The translations under genes and the position numbers were made by a program. Of a DNA stretch of 64,000 bases, positions 30,122-40,230 are shown one piece after another. The notes under the pieces were generated by a model, which made no database searches, was not told where the DNA came from, and saw only the letters and a program-made list of their open reading frames with translations. The stretch spans positions 160,001-224,000 of the forward strand of contig CBDIIB010000004.1 in the NCBI GenBank assembly GCA_965279525.1, in the 5' to 3' direction. The stretch is from Tagaea sp. (lineage in GTDB: Bacteria; Pseudomonadota; Alphaproteobacteria; CACIAM-22H2). Every line of letters begins with the position of its first letter. Position 1 is the stretch's first letter.

Positions 30122-31342
30122 TCAGCTGATGTCCTGGCCAAACGGATCGTCTACCGAATGCGCAGGCTGGGTGAACCAGCTTGCACCTGTTTCGGTGATG
30201 TACATGTGGTCTTCAAGGCGGATGCCGAACTCGCCGTAGATGCAGATCGTCGGCTCGTTCGAGAAGGTCATGCCCGGCTGCAGGACGGTGCGGTCCCCCT
30301 TCACAAGATAGGGCCACTCGTGCACGTCGAGGCCGATGCCATGGCCGGTGCGATGCGGCAGGCCCGGCGTGGCATAGCCGGGACCGAAGCCGGCACCGTT
30401 GATGACGCTGCGTGCGGCGTTGTCCACATCCTCGCAGCGGTTGCCCGGCTTGGCGGCGGCGAAGGCGGCGGCCTGCGCCGTCTTCTCCAGATTCCAGATA
30501 TCGCGCTGACGCTTTGTCGGCGTGCCGAACACGTACGAGCGCGTGATGTCCGAGAAATAGCCGTCGATCGGCGCACCCGTGTCGATCAGGATCATGTCGC
30601 CGTCTTTGAGTGTCTGCGGATAGGGCACGCCGTGCGGATAGGCTGTCGCCTCGCCGAAGAGCACGGCGTTGAACGGTGGATCGGACTCCGAACCCAGCTT
30701 GCGATGCGCCGCTACCATGAAGGCCTGGACCTCCGTCGTGGTGATCCCTTCGCGCATGATCCGTGCCGCCGCCTTGTGCGCCGCAAGCGTGATGTTCTTC
30801 GCGGTCTGCATCAGCGCCAACTCGTGATCCGACTTTATCCGCCGGCAGGCACCGGTGACGTCCGCCCCGTTGGAAAAGGTGAAGGCGTTTCCGGCGCGTC
30901 GGAGGCCGTCGAAGGTGAAGAAGGGGGTTGCCTCGTCGACGCCGATCGTCCCCTTGTCGATGCCGAGCGAGCGGACGGTGTCGATGACCAGCGCCGTCGG
31001 ATCCTCGTCCTCTTCCCACTGCACAACCTTGTCGCCGAACGTGATCATGGTCCGCAGCTTCTCGACCTCGAAGGCCGGGGAGAGATAGACGATATCGCCC
31101 CGGGCGGGCAGGATCGCTCCGTGCGCGCGCTCGGTCCGGCGCAGCTTGAGGCCGGTGAAATAGGTCAGGCTCGTCGAAACATCGAGCCACAGCGCGTCGA
31201 CGCCCTTCTCGCGCATCAGGCGCTGAGCCTTGTCGATACGCTTCAGGCGCTCGTCCACGCCGACGGGCGGAACGCTCCCGCGCATGTTCTTGAGACCCGC
31301 GAGCTCTTTCTCGGCGGTTGACCCGCCTACACCGATCGTCAT
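30122..31342 (-). CDS. Xaa-Pro dipeptidase (M24B)
   Basis: YPHG, LIDTG, SDITRS, HRTGHGIG, HEWP, SNEP, RLEDH. Confidence 0.9.
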   Translation of the reverse strand: MTIGVGGSTAEKELAGLKNMRGSVPPVGVDERLKRIDKAQRLMREKGVDALWLDVSTSLTYFTGLKLRRTERAHGAILPARGDIVYLSPAFEVEKLRTMITFGDKVVQWEEDEDPTALVIDTVRSLGIDKGTIGVDEATPFFTFDGLRRAGNAFTFSNGADVTGACRRIKSDHELALMQTAKNITLAAHKAAARIMREGITTTEVQAFMVAAHRKLGSESDPPFNAVLFGEATAYPHGVPYPQTLKDGDMILIDTGAPIDGYFSDITRSYVFGTPTKRQRDIWNLEKTAQAAAFAAAKPGNRCEDVDNAARSVINGAGFGPGYATPGLPHRTGHGIGLDVHEWPYLVKGDRTVLQPGMTFSNEPTICIYGEFGIRLEDHMYITETGASWFTQPAHSVDDPFGQDIS

Positions 31343-31360
31343 CGACTTCTCTCCGTTGCT

Positions 31361-32248
31361 TCAGCGCCGGTAGCGCCATTGAACCAATATGTTCGCGGTC
31401 GCCGTCAGGATGAGGGTCGCCGACATCAGGATGAAGGCGGTTGCCGCACCGAACGGCCAGTTGTTGAGCTGGAACTGCCCGAAAACGAGCGGCCCCATCA
31501 TCTTGAATTTCGGCCCACCGAGCAGGACCGGCGTGGCGTACGCATTCATGCCGAGAATGAAGGTCAGGATCGTGCCGGCCAGCAGGCCGGGCAAGGCGAG
31601 CGGCAGAAGCACCCGCCGGGTCATTTCGTAGGGACCCGCTCCCATGCTGAACGCGGCCTCCTCGAGCGAGCGATTGATGCCTTCGATGACGCTCTGCAGC
31701 GTCAGGACCATGTAGGGCAAGTTGACCGCGACGATCCCGACAATCACGGCACCCTCGGTGAACATCATCTGCATCGGTGTGTCGATGATGCCGAAATCCA
31801 TCAGCGTGACGTTGAGAAAGCCCTTGTTCCCTAGAAGCGTCATCCAGCCGGCTGCGCGGACGGCATTGCCGACGAACAGCGGCAGGACGACGAGAATGAT
31901 GAGGACGTTCTTGAATCGGGTCTGTGTGCGCGCGAGGACATAGGCGAGCGGCAATCCGAGAACGAGGCAGATCACCGTACAGAGGCCGGCGACATAGAGA
32001 GTCGTCCAGAATATACCGGTGTAGTAAGGATCGGCGAAGAACTTTAGATAGTTATCGAATGTCAGCGCTTCGACCATCATCCGGCGCGGCTCGAAGCGAT
32101 TGAGGCTGTAGCGGAACAAGATGAGCAGCGGCAGCAGCAGGCCGGCGCACACGAAGATCGTGGCCGGCCCGACGAGAGTCGAGGCCGAGAGGATCGACGT
32201 CCTCCCGTCCTCGTCCTGCCGTCCTGCTGCTGGCGCTGCCGTAGTCAT
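31361..32248 (-). CDS. Polyamine/opine-type ABC permease (PotB-like)
   Basis: LPYMVL, LEEAAFSMGA, TPVLLGG. Confidence 0.88.
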   Translation of the reverse strand: MTTAAPAAGRQDEDGRTSILSASTLVGPATIFVCAGLLLPLLILFRYSLNRFEPRRMMVEALTFDNYLKFFADPYYTGIFWTTLYVAGLCTVICLVLGLPLAYVLARTQTRFKNVLIILVVLPLFVGNAVRAAGWMTLLGNKGFLNVTLMDFGIIDTPMQMMFTEGAVIVGIVAVNLPYMVLTLQSVIEGINRSLEEAAFSMGAGPYEMTRRVLLPLALPGLLAGTILTFILGMNAYATPVLLGGPKFKMMGPLVFGQFQLNNWPFGAATAFILMSATLILTATANILVQWRYRR

Positions 32249-32256
32249 TTACCGGA

Positions 32257-33306
32257 TCAGCCCTTCAGTTCCTTGTCCCACCATTCCTTGAGGGCGACGT
32301 CGTTCTTGTTCATGTAGTCATAGTCGAGATCGACGATCTTCTTGATTTCCTCGGGCGTGAAGCCGATCCGCTTGTTGAGTTCCGGGGCGACGACCGCATT
32401 CGTGACCGTCGGGTTGTAGCCCATGTCGATCGCGAAATTGTCCTGCGCTTCCTTGGCGAGCATCGCATCGAGATAGGCGTAAGCCCCATCCTTGTTGGGC
32501 GCATTCTTGGGAATGACGAAGCCCGAGATGTAGGCGAGCGTGCCTTCAGACGGTGCCACGGCCTCAACGCTGATGCCGGCGTTCTGCCACTGCACGACGC
32601 GCGCCTTCCACATCACGCCGATGCCGAACTCGCCCGACTGCAGGCCCTGTGCGAAGGCTTCGTTGGTCGGGTAGATGCGCATGCCCGCCTTCTTGCATTC
32701 GAGGAGCAGCTTCTTGCCTGGTTCGAAATTGGTGATCGAACCGCCGGCCGCCAGAGCCGCTGCCGCGATCGTGTACTGGTACTGGATGTCGATAATGCCG
32801 AGCTTGTTGCCGTGCTTGGGCGCAAAGACGTCCTTGTAGCTTACCGGTGCCGGGCTGATCAGTTTCGGGTTGAAGACCGCGACTTTGCCGGAATAGATAT
32901 GGCCGATCCCGTAGGGATACTTCATCGACGGCAGCAGGTTTTTCGCATTCTTGAGCTTCGAGTAGTCGATTGGAAGAACCGTTCCGGCGTCATGCATCTG
33001 GAACATGTTGATCGACGATAGCGCCTGCAGATCGGCCGTGCCGCGCGGCAGCCGCTGTTCGGCCAGCATCTTGGAACGGCGCTGCGGATCGCCGGCTTGG
33101 TCCTGCACGACCTCCCAGCCTTCTTTGATCAGGATCGGCTGTTCGACGTTCTTGTTGAGCAGGCGCGCATAGTCGCCACCCCAGGTGCCGACGACGACCT
33201 TGCCCTTGGACTGCGCCCGAACACTGGCCGGAATTGCAAGAGCACCGACGGCAGCGGCCATCCCGGCGAGGACCGTGCGGCGGGAAACTTTGTCTGATTG
33301 AGCCAT
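32257..33306 (-). CDS. Polyamine/opine-type ABC substrate-binding protein (Tat signal)
   Basis: SRRTVL leader; VGTWGGDY, PSEG, IPKNAPNKD. Confidence 0.85.
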   Translation of the reverse strand: MAQSDKVSRRTVLAGMAAAVGALAIPASVRAQSKGKVVVGTWGGDYARLLNKNVEQPILIKEGWEVVQDQAGDPQRRSKMLAEQRLPRGTADLQALSSINMFQMHDAGTVLPIDYSKLKNAKNLLPSMKYPYGIGHIYSGKVAVFNPKLISPAPVSYKDVFAPKHGNKLGIIDIQYQYTIAAAALAAGGSITNFEPGKKLLLECKKAGMRIYPTNEAFAQGLQSGEFGIGVMWKARVVQWQNAGISVEAVAPSEGTLAYISGFVIPKNAPNKDGAYAYLDAMLAKEAQDNFAIDMGYNPTVTNAVVAPELNKRIGFTPEEIKKIVDLDYDYMNKNDVALKEWWDKELKG

Positions 33307-33375
33307 TTTCGCTTTCTCCTTCTGTTGATCTCAAAGGTGCGTCCGCTGGGGCGCACCGGCCGTTCCGAACTTGTC

Positions 33376-34428
33376 TCAGTCTTGGAAAACGCGTGCCGTC
33401 TCCCGGTTCCAGCCCACACGGACGAGATCGCCGACTTGCGGCGGCGCGTTCTCAGGGCGGTTCGGCAACTGGACGATCACCCGTTCGGCAGGTGACAGAC
33501 GGACATGCAGATCTAGGGCGGCGCCGAGATAGGACAGGAACTCCACCCGGCCTTCGAAGCGGTTGTCGGCCCCTGCAGTTTCAGAACCGAGCAGTGCAAG
33601 GCGTTCGGGGCGAAGGGCAAGGGTCGCCGGACCGGCCTGCCCGGTGCCGCAGGCGATGGCGAGGCCGCCTTGCGACCTGAACCGTCCGGGCGCCTCGATC
33701 GCTCCTTCGATGAAGTTCGAACGACCGACAAAGTCCGCCACGAAACGGTCTGCCGGACGTTCGTATAGATCGTGCTGGGTGCCGATCTGGCGGATGCGAC
33801 CCTCGCTCATGACAACCAGCCGGTCTGCCATGGTCAGGGCTTCTTCCTGATCGTGGGTGACCATGACTGTCGTCAGGCCGAGCTTGCGCTGGAGTTCGCG
33901 AATCTCGACGCGCACATCCTGACGGAGTTTCGCATCGAGGTTCGAGAGCGGCTCGTCAAGCAGCAGGATATCGGGCCGGAACACAAGCGCGCGCGCAAGC
34001 GCCACGCGCTGCTGCTGCCCACCGGAGAGCTGGCGCGGCAGCCGTTCCCCCAGTTGATCAAGTCGCACGAGGCGAAGGGCCTCGGCGATACGTGCCGGCA
34101 TGTCGGCCTTGGCCACCTTGCGCATCTCGAGGCCGAAAGCGACATTCTGGTTCACGGTTAGGTGCGGGAAGAGGGCATAGCTCTGGAAGACAAGACCTGC
34201 GTTGCGTTTCCACGGCGGTAGCGTCGTGACATCTTTGCCGTCCAGACGCACGGTTCCGGAAGTCGGCTCGACGAAGCCGGCGATGGTCCGCAGGGTCGTC
34301 GTCTTGCCGCAACCCGACGGCCCGAGCAGGACGACGAACTCACCGTTGGCGACGTCGAGAGAGGCGTCGTCGACCGCCATCATCTCGCCGTAGCGCTTCG
34401 TCACGTTGGAAATCTCGAGCCGCGCCAT
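33376..34428 (-). CDS. PotA-like ABC ATPase
   Basis: [18 protein letters not shown]-terminal TOBE-like region. Confidence 0.9.
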   Translation of the reverse strand: MARLEISNVTKRYGEMMAVDDASLDVANGEFVVLLGPSGCGKTTTLRTIAGFVEPTSGTVRLDGKDVTTLPPWKRNAGLVFQSYALFPHLTVNQNVAFGLEMRKVAKADMPARIAEALRLVRLDQLGERLPRQLSGGQQQRVALARALVFRPDILLLDEPLSNLDAKLRQDVRVEIRELQRKLGLTTVMVTHDQEEALTMADRLVVMSEGRIRQIGTQHDLYERPADRFVADFVGRSNFIEGAIEAPGRFRSQGGLAIACGTGQAGPATLALRPERLALLGSETAGADNRFEGRVEFLSYLGAALDLHVRLSPAERVIVQLPNRPENAPPQVGDLVRVGWNRETARVFQD

Positions 34429-34430
34429 CC

Positions 34431-35261
34431 CTAGACCACCCTGCTGATTTTCACGAACCGGTCGGTGAGCAGCATAGCGCTCGCGATGAAGACGATCTGA
34501 AGAACCGAAACTGCGGCGATCGTCGGGTCGATCTTCCATTCAAGATACTGCAGGATCGCGATCGGCAGTGTCGTTCTGCCGGGGCCGACGAGGAAAAGGC
34601 TCATTTCCAGGTTCCCGAAGGAAGAGATGAAGCCGAACATCGCCGCGGCGACCATCCCGGGCAGGATCGACGGCAACGTGATCCGCCGGAACGTCGTCAA
34701 CCGGTCGGCACCCAGGCTCTGTGCCGCTTCCTCGATGGAGCGATCCATTCCGACGAGGCTGGCGGTGACGAGCCGGACCGTCCAGGGAATCACGATCAAC
34801 ACGTGGCCGGTGATCAACCCGCCGATAGAACCGATGACCGGCAGGTCCGTCAGGATCGTCGCCTCGACATGGAACACATAGAGCGCGATGCCGAGGACGA
34901 TGCCGGGAACGACGAGCGGCAGGAGCAGGAGGCTGCTTACGGCTTCGCGGCCCGCAAACTTCGAGCGCACGAGGCAGACGGCCGCAGGTACGCCAAGTGC
35001 GATGCCGATCAGTGTGGCGATCGTCGCGACCTGCATGCTGAGGATGAATCCGGAGACAAAGCGGTCGTTTCCGGGGATCGTCTTGAACCATTTGAATGAA
35101 TAACCGTCCGGCGGGAACGAAGGGATTTCCTGCGCGAAGAATGCGAGCCACGTCACGAAGAACAAGGGCAGCAGAAGATAGGCCATCGACACCGTCGCGG
35201 CCCCGTTGAGCGCAAGCCGTCCAAGCGATCTCAAGCCTATCCGCGCCGTCATGCTGTCCAC
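34431..35261 (-). CDS. PotC-like ABC permease
   Basis: FPPDGYSFKWF, IEEAAQSLGA, TLPIAI. Confidence 0.88.
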   Translation of the reverse strand: MDSMTARIGLRSLGRLALNGAATVSMAYLLLPLFFVTWLAFFAQEIPSFPPDGYSFKWFKTIPGNDRFVSGFILSMQVATIATLIGIALGVPAAVCLVRSKFAGREAVSSLLLLPLVVPGIVLGIALYVFHVEATILTDLPVIGSIGGLITGHVLIVIPWTVRLVTASLVGMDRSIEEAAQSLGADRLTTFRRITLPSILPGMVAAAMFGFISSFGNLEMSLFLVGPGRTTLPIAILQYLEWKIDPTIAAVSVLQIVFIASAMLLTDRFVKISRVV

Positions 35262-35275
35262 GCTGCCCGCATCGT

Positions 35276-36514
35276 CTAGTTCAGCCTGTTCTTGTGGAAC
35301 TTGCCGCCCTTCATGATCACGGAAAGATGCTTTCCCTGGTCGACGAGCAAGGCAAGGTTCTTGAGTGGATTGCCATCGACCAGAATCAGATCGGCAAAGG
35401 CTCCCGGCTTCAGCGTACCGACCTTGCCGGGCATGCGCAGGACGTCGGCGCCGATGAGGGTGGCAGAACGGATGATCTCGAGCGGCGACAGGACCTCTTG
35501 CCGGATCGTGAACTCGTTCGACTGGTCCCAGTGCAATTCACCGAGCAAATCGCTTCCGTAAGCCACAGGTACGCCGTGCCGCTTGCAGATCTCGAGCGAC
35601 TTGAGACCGCCGTCGATGACCAGTTCGTTCTTTTCGAGGCTTTCGGCGGTCATGCCCCACTTCGCCGCGCGTTCCCTCATGGCATAATAGGTGACGAGGT
35701 TGGCGACGAGAAACATGCCTTTCTCCGCCATCAACTTGGCCGCGGCATCGTCGATCAGGTTGCCGTGCTCGATGGTCCGCACGCCGAACTTTGCCGCTCG
35801 GATGATCGCTTTTGCCGAATAGGCGTGGGCGCAGACATAGCGGCCGAATGCCGTCGCTTCCTCGACGGCCGCTTTGACCTCTCCGTCGGAAAACTGCAGG
35901 CTGTCGAGCGGGTCATAGGGAGATGCCACACCGCCCGACATCATGATCTTCACGTGGTCGGCGCCCTGGCGCATCTGCTCGCGAGCCACTTTGCGCACCT
36001 CGTCGACGCCGTCTGCAACGGCCGACTTGAATTGCAGCCCGTTGCAGCACATGCATTCGTCGCCGGCATTGGTGCGCCGGCGGGAGTCAGAATGGCCACC
36101 GGTCGGTCCGATGGACTGACCGGCAATGAAAAGCCGCGGACCGACGATGTGGCCGGTCTCGATGGCGGTCTTGATTCCCCAGTCGGCACCGCCCGTGTCC
36201 CGCACGGTCGTGAAGCCGCGATTGAGCATCGCCGTAAGCCTCGTCGCGGCGCGTGCCGTGACAAGCGTCAGCGGCAGGTTCTCCATGAAGCGGATGTTCA
36301 CTTCCGAATGGATCGCATGGACGTGGCTGTCGATCAGGCCGGGCATCAAAGTCCGCTTGCCGCAGTCGACCTTTGCGGCATCTTTCGCCTTGATCGGCTT
36401 GTCGGAAAGTTCGCGGATCTTGTCGTCCTCGACGAGCAGGCTGTAGCCGCCGCGAACATCGCCGAAGGTTGGTTCGAGAAGCGCGAAGTTGGTGAAGAGA
36501 ATCTGGTCGCTCAT
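35276..36514 (-). CDS. Metal-dependent amidohydrolase (prolidase-like), paralog B
   Basis: PGLIDSHVH, GFTTVRDTGG, VKIM, CAHAY, TIEHG, YGSD. Confidence 0.9.
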   Translation of the reverse strand: MSDQILFTNFALLEPTFGDVRGGYSLLVEDDKIRELSDKPIKAKDAAKVDCGKRTLMPGLIDSHVHAIHSEVNIRFMENLPLTLVTARAATRLTAMLNRGFTTVRDTGGADWGIKTAIETGHIVGPRLFIAGQSIGPTGGHSDSRRRTNAGDECMCCNGLQFKSAVADGVDEVRKVAREQMRQGADHVKIMMSGGVASPYDPLDSLQFSDGEVKAAVEEATAFGRYVCAHAYSAKAIIRAAKFGVRTIEHGNLIDDAAAKLMAEKGMFLVANLVTYYAMRERAAKWGMTAESLEKNELVIDGGLKSLEICKRHGVPVAYGSDLLGELHWDQSNEFTIRQEVLSPLEIIRSATLIGADVLRMPGKVGTLKPGAFADLILVDGNPLKNLALLVDQGKHLSVIMKGGKFHKNRLN

Positions 36515-36525
36515 GGGGCGGGGTC

Positions 36526-37761
36526 CTAGTTCAGCGTGTTCTTGTGGAAATGCCCGCCCTTGACGATGGCCGACAGGTGCTTGCCCTGCTCCTGGAACAA
36601 GGCAAGGTTCTTCAGCGGATTGCCGTTCACGACGATCAGGTCGGCGAAGGCGCCGGGCTTCAGGCAGCCGAGTTTCCCTTCCATACGCAATAGTTTTGCC
36701 CCGATGGTCGTGGCGGACCGGATGATCTCGATCGGCGAGACCACCTGCGCGCGGATCGTGAATTCCTGCGACTGTTCGGTCTGCAGCTGTCCGAGAAGGT
36801 CGGTACCGTAGGCGACCGGCACGCCGTGACGCTTGCAGATCTCGAGCGAGCGCAGGGCGCCGTCGATCACGAGGTCGTTCTTCGCGAGCATGTCACCGCT
36901 CATGCCGTATTCGGCCGCGCGCTTCTTCATCTCGAAGTAGGTCACGAGATTGGCGACAAGAAACATGCCCTTCTGCGCCATCAGCTTAGCGGAGGCGTCG
37001 TCGATCAAGTTACCGTGCTCGATCGTGCGCACGCCGGCCTTGGCGGCCCGGGTGATTGCCTCGGGCGTATACGCGTGCGCGCAGACATAGCGGCCGAAGG
37101 CGTGCGCCTCTTCGACGGCGGCATGCACTTCGTCCATCGAGAACTGGAGGCTGTCGAGCGGGTCGTAGGGGGAAGCCACGCCACCCGACATCATGATCTT
37201 GATCTGGTCGGCACCCTGTCGCATTTCCTCGCGCACAGCCCGGCGCACACCGGAGACCCCGTCGGCGATGCCCATCGAAAAGGCGAGCGCGTTGCAGCAA
37301 TGGCATCGGGCACCGGCATCGGTGCGTCGGCGCCCGTCGCTGTGGCCGCCGGTCGGTCCGATGGCTTTGCCGGCGATGAACAGGCGCGGTCCTGCGATGA
37401 GACCTTTCTCGACCGCTTCCTTGAGGCCCCAGTCGGCGCCGCCGGTGTCGCGTACTGTGGTAAACCCGCGGTCCAGCATCCGATTGAGGAGATTGGCCGC
37501 TCGGGCCGTCATCAGCGTCAGCGGAACACTCTCCATGTTGCGGATGACGACTTCGGAGAGGACCGCGTGGACATGACTGTCGATCAGTCCCGGCATCAGC
37601 GTGCGCTTGCCGCAATCGACGACGGTGGCGGTTTTCGATTTGATCGGCTTGGCGGAGACTTCACGAATCTTGTCGCCTTCGACGAGGATTTCGTAGCCGC
37701 CCTTCAGGCCGCTGGCCTCGGGATCGAGCATTTCGAAATTCCTGAAAAGATACTGTGCCAT
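36526..37761 (-). CDS. Metal-dependent amidohydrolase (prolidase-like), paralog A
   Basis: Same motif set as the neighbour; tandem duplicate. Confidence 0.9.
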   Translation of the reverse strand: MAQYLFRNFEMLDPEASGLKGGYEILVEGDKIREVSAKPIKSKTATVVDCGKRTLMPGLIDSHVHAVLSEVVIRNMESVPLTLMTARAANLLNRMLDRGFTTVRDTGGADWGLKEAVEKGLIAGPRLFIAGKAIGPTGGHSDGRRRTDAGARCHCCNALAFSMGIADGVSGVRRAVREEMRQGADQIKIMMSGGVASPYDPLDSLQFSMDEVHAAVEEAHAFGRYVCAHAYTPEAITRAAKAGVRTIEHGNLIDDASAKLMAQKGMFLVANLVTYFEMKKRAAEYGMSGDMLAKNDLVIDGALRSLEICKRHGVPVAYGTDLLGQLQTEQSQEFTIRAQVVSPIEIIRSATTIGAKLLRMEGKLGCLKPGAFADLIVVNGNPLKNLALFQEQGKHLSAIVKGGHFHKNTLN

Positions 37762-37813
37762 CGCCGTCCCGTCCTTTCGTGCGTCGAACCGTCCCCAAAT
37801 GTTGACTTTTCGG

Positions 37814-37838
37814 TCATTGCCGTCAATGACGGCAATGA
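37814..37838. promoter_or_regulatory. Perfect intergenic palindrome
   Basis: TCATTGCCGTCA-A-TGACGGCAATGA. Confidence 0.6.
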
Positions 37839-37841
37839 GGG

Positions 37842-38348
37842 TCAGCCGCCCATTTCCTGCAGCATGCAGGGAACCAACAGGCCCGCGAGAATCTTGGCAT
37901 TCCGGATCTCGTTCGGGCCGTACATTCCCTCTTCGCCACAGAAATTCAGCGTCCCGAGACGCTGGCCGCCCCTGTGGATCGGCGAATTGAGGATGGCGCT
38001 GGCCCCGAGTGAAAAGATCAACTCGTAGTCGAAAAACGTTTCTTTCACGGCGGCACGGGTCGGCGCGATAAAGACCTCGCCCGAGTTCATCTGTTCGTGA
38101 CTCTTCTTGATCTTCGAAAGTGGTTTCTCGCCGCCGATCGGATAGGCCTGCTCGTTGCTCGAATGGACGCGCACGACCGCCTGCTTGGCTTCGTCGTATT
38201 TCAAGGTCGTCAGCAGCAGCCAGCCGCAGGTCTCCGCCGCGACCTTCTCGACCGCCTTGTAGACCTTCTGGCGATCCGAATGGTTCGCGGTCAAGGCGAC
38301 GATTTCAGCGACGTCTTCGAGGGTCATGGCGCGGGATTTTATCGGCAT
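37842..38348 (-). CDS. Stand-alone GAF-domain protein
   Basis: RVHSSNEQAYPIGGEKP, FFDYELIFSLG, LGTLN. Confidence 0.78.
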   Translation of the reverse strand: MPIKSRAMTLEDVAEIVALTANHSDRQKVYKAVEKVAAETCGWLLLTTLKYDEAKQAVVRVHSSNEQAYPIGGEKPLSKIKKSHEQMNSGEVFIAPTRAAVKETFFDYELIFSLGASAILNSPIHRGGQRLGTLNFCGEEGMYGPNEIRNAKILAGLLVPCMLQEMGG

Positions 38349-38359
38349 GAAGCGTGCTT

Positions 38360-39295
38360 TCAGGGTTTGAGAGAAGCAGACGTTCGAGCGGGCTCGGGCA
38401 GTGGAACGTTGGCGATCCTTTCGGGAATCAGGCCGCGAGCCCTGATGCGCAGGACGAGCAATAGCGCCACAGCGATGAGAATTTCCCGCAGGGCGGCACC
38501 TTGTACGGCGGAAATCTCGGGAATGTGAGGGATAACGAACCGTGTCGATTCAAGGAAGAACACGACCAGGACAGCACCGACAACCGCACCGAAATTGTTG
38601 CCGAGGCCGCCGGCGAGCAGGGACAGCTTGATGTAGAGCGTCAACAGCGGGGCGAAGAGATCCGGCGCGATGTAGCTCGTGAAGTGCCCATAGAGGGCAC
38701 CGGAAAGGCCAAGCGCAGCCGTGCCGACTGCGAACGCCTTGACCTTGAACATCACGACATTCTTGCCCGCGACCTGGACGACTTGCTCATCTTCGCGGAT
38801 GCCGCGCAGCACGCGTCCGAAGGGCGAACTGTTGAGCCGCTGGAAAAGGACAAACAGGATGGCAACGGCGACGATGACGATGCCGAGGAAGAGCAGGTTG
38901 AAGCCGTGCGGCCCCAGTGCCTGCCGGAACGGTCCGGGAATGCCGGATAGACCGTCGGTGCCATTGGCGATCCAAAGCTCGTTCGACATGACGACCCGCA
39001 TTGTCTCGGCGAAGCCAAGAGTGACGATGGCAAGATAGTCGCCCCTCAGTCGTACGGTAATGAGCGCCACAAGCACGCCAACGAACGAGGCGACGGCTGC
39101 ACCCGCGACAAGGCCGACAGGGATCGGCCAGCCGAGCTTGAGTGTCAGCAAGCCCGAGGTATAGGCGCCAACTGCGAAGAAGCCGACCAGGCCGAGATTG
39201 ATCAGGCCCGCCATGCCCCAGATCACGTTCATGCCCAGCGCCATCAACGCGTAGATGCCGGCAGTGACCCCCATCGCGATGAGATAGTGTTCCAT
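38360..39295 (-). CDS. livM: Branched-chain amino acid ABC permease
   Basis: RLRGDYLAIVTLGFAE, SPFGRVLRGIREDE. Confidence 0.85.
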   Translation of the reverse strand: MEHYLIAMGVTAGIYALMALGMNVIWGMAGLINLGLVGFFAVGAYTSGLLTLKLGWPIPVGLVAGAAVASFVGVLVALITVRLRGDYLAIVTLGFAETMRVVMSNELWIANGTDGLSGIPGPFRQALGPHGFNLLFLGIVIVAVAILFVLFQRLNSSPFGRVLRGIREDEQVVQVAGKNVVMFKVKAFAVGTAALGLSGALYGHFTSYIAPDLFAPLLTLYIKLSLLAGGLGNNFGAVVGAVLVVFFLESTRFVIPHIPEISAVQGAALREILIAVALLLVLRIRARGLIPERIANVPLPEPARTSASLKP

Positions 39296-39306
39296 GCCCG
39301 CCCTCC

Positions 39307-40167
39307 TCAATAGGCCCGTTGGCCGAGAATGCCCCGGGGCCGGAGCGTCAGGACGAGAAGGATGGCGATGAAACCGACCGCTGTGCGGTATGCCGGCGTC
39401 AGCACGAGCAGGCTGAGCTCTTCGCCCACGCCGATCACGAGCGCACCGATGACCGCACCGGGGATGCTGCCCAGCCCGCCGACGACGGCAGCCGCGAAGA
39501 CGGACAGGATCGTCCTGAAACCCACGAGAGGATCGATCGTCGTGTCGAGGCCGCTCAACATCCCGCCGACTCCGGCCAGGCCCATCGCGATGAACGAGAC
39601 GAGCCGGGCGACCATGTCCGCGTTGATGCCCTTGATTGCCGCGAGCATGGGATTGTCGGCGACTGCGCGCATGGCCTTGCCGGTCCGTGTCATCGACAGG
39701 AAGGCGAACAGCATCGCCATAACGACGATGGCTGTCAGGAGATTCTCGACCTGCTGCGGACTGACGCGCAGGCCCGAGATCACCCAGTCCCGTCGCAGCG
39801 GCAGGTCGAAGCCGCGCATCTGGTTCCCGAAGCCGAAGCGCACGAAATTCTCGAGCGCGATCGTCAGCGCGATCGAGCCGATTGCGGTCGTCACGAAGCC
39901 TGCACCGCGCAGCGGGCGCAGCACGAATTCGTCGGAAAGAAGACCGATCAGGCCAGCCACTGCGAAGGCCGCCACAAGCGACGGGACGACAGGCAGGCCG
40001 AAAGTCGTGTTCGCGATGAACCCTGCGAACGCGCCTATCGTCATATGCGAGGCGAGTGCGAAGTTGGTGAAGCGCAGCACCGCGAAAATCGCAGTCAGGC
40101 CGATGGCCGGCACGGCAAGGACGGTACCCGCCATCAGGCCATTGAGTATCAGCTGAAGGACTTCCAT
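39307..40167 (-). CDS. livH: Branched-chain amino acid ABC permease
   Basis: TNFA, GKAMRAVADN, GGLGSIPGA, RPRGILG. Confidence 0.85.
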   Translation of the reverse strand: MEVLQLILNGLMAGTVLAVPAIGLTAIFAVLRFTNFALASHMTIGAFAGFIANTTFGLPVVPSLVAAFAVAGLIGLLSDEFVLRPLRGAGFVTTAIGSIALTIALENFVRFGFGNQMRGFDLPLRRDWVISGLRVSPQQVENLLTAIVVMAMLFAFLSMTRTGKAMRAVADNPMLAAIKGINADMVARLVSFIAMGLAGVGGMLSGLDTTIDPLVGFRTILSVFAAAVVGGLGSIPGAVIGALVIGVGEELSLLVLTPAYRTAVGFIAILLVLTLRPRGILGQRAY

Positions 40168-40197
40168 GTGCGGGACCGGGCGCCTTTGGAGGGAGGA

Positions 40198-40222
40198 GGG
40201 CGGCGGCCGTCGGCCGCCGCCC
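40198..40222. terminator. GC-rich stem-loop downstream of the Liv-type SBP gene
   Basis: GGGCGGCGGCCG-T-CGGCCGCCGCCC. Confidence 0.55.
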
Positions 40223-40230
40223 GGCCAAGT

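Noticed and set aside
35276-37761. DNA repeats suggesting a mobile element or array
   Set aside because: Explained by paralogous amidohydrolase coding sequences
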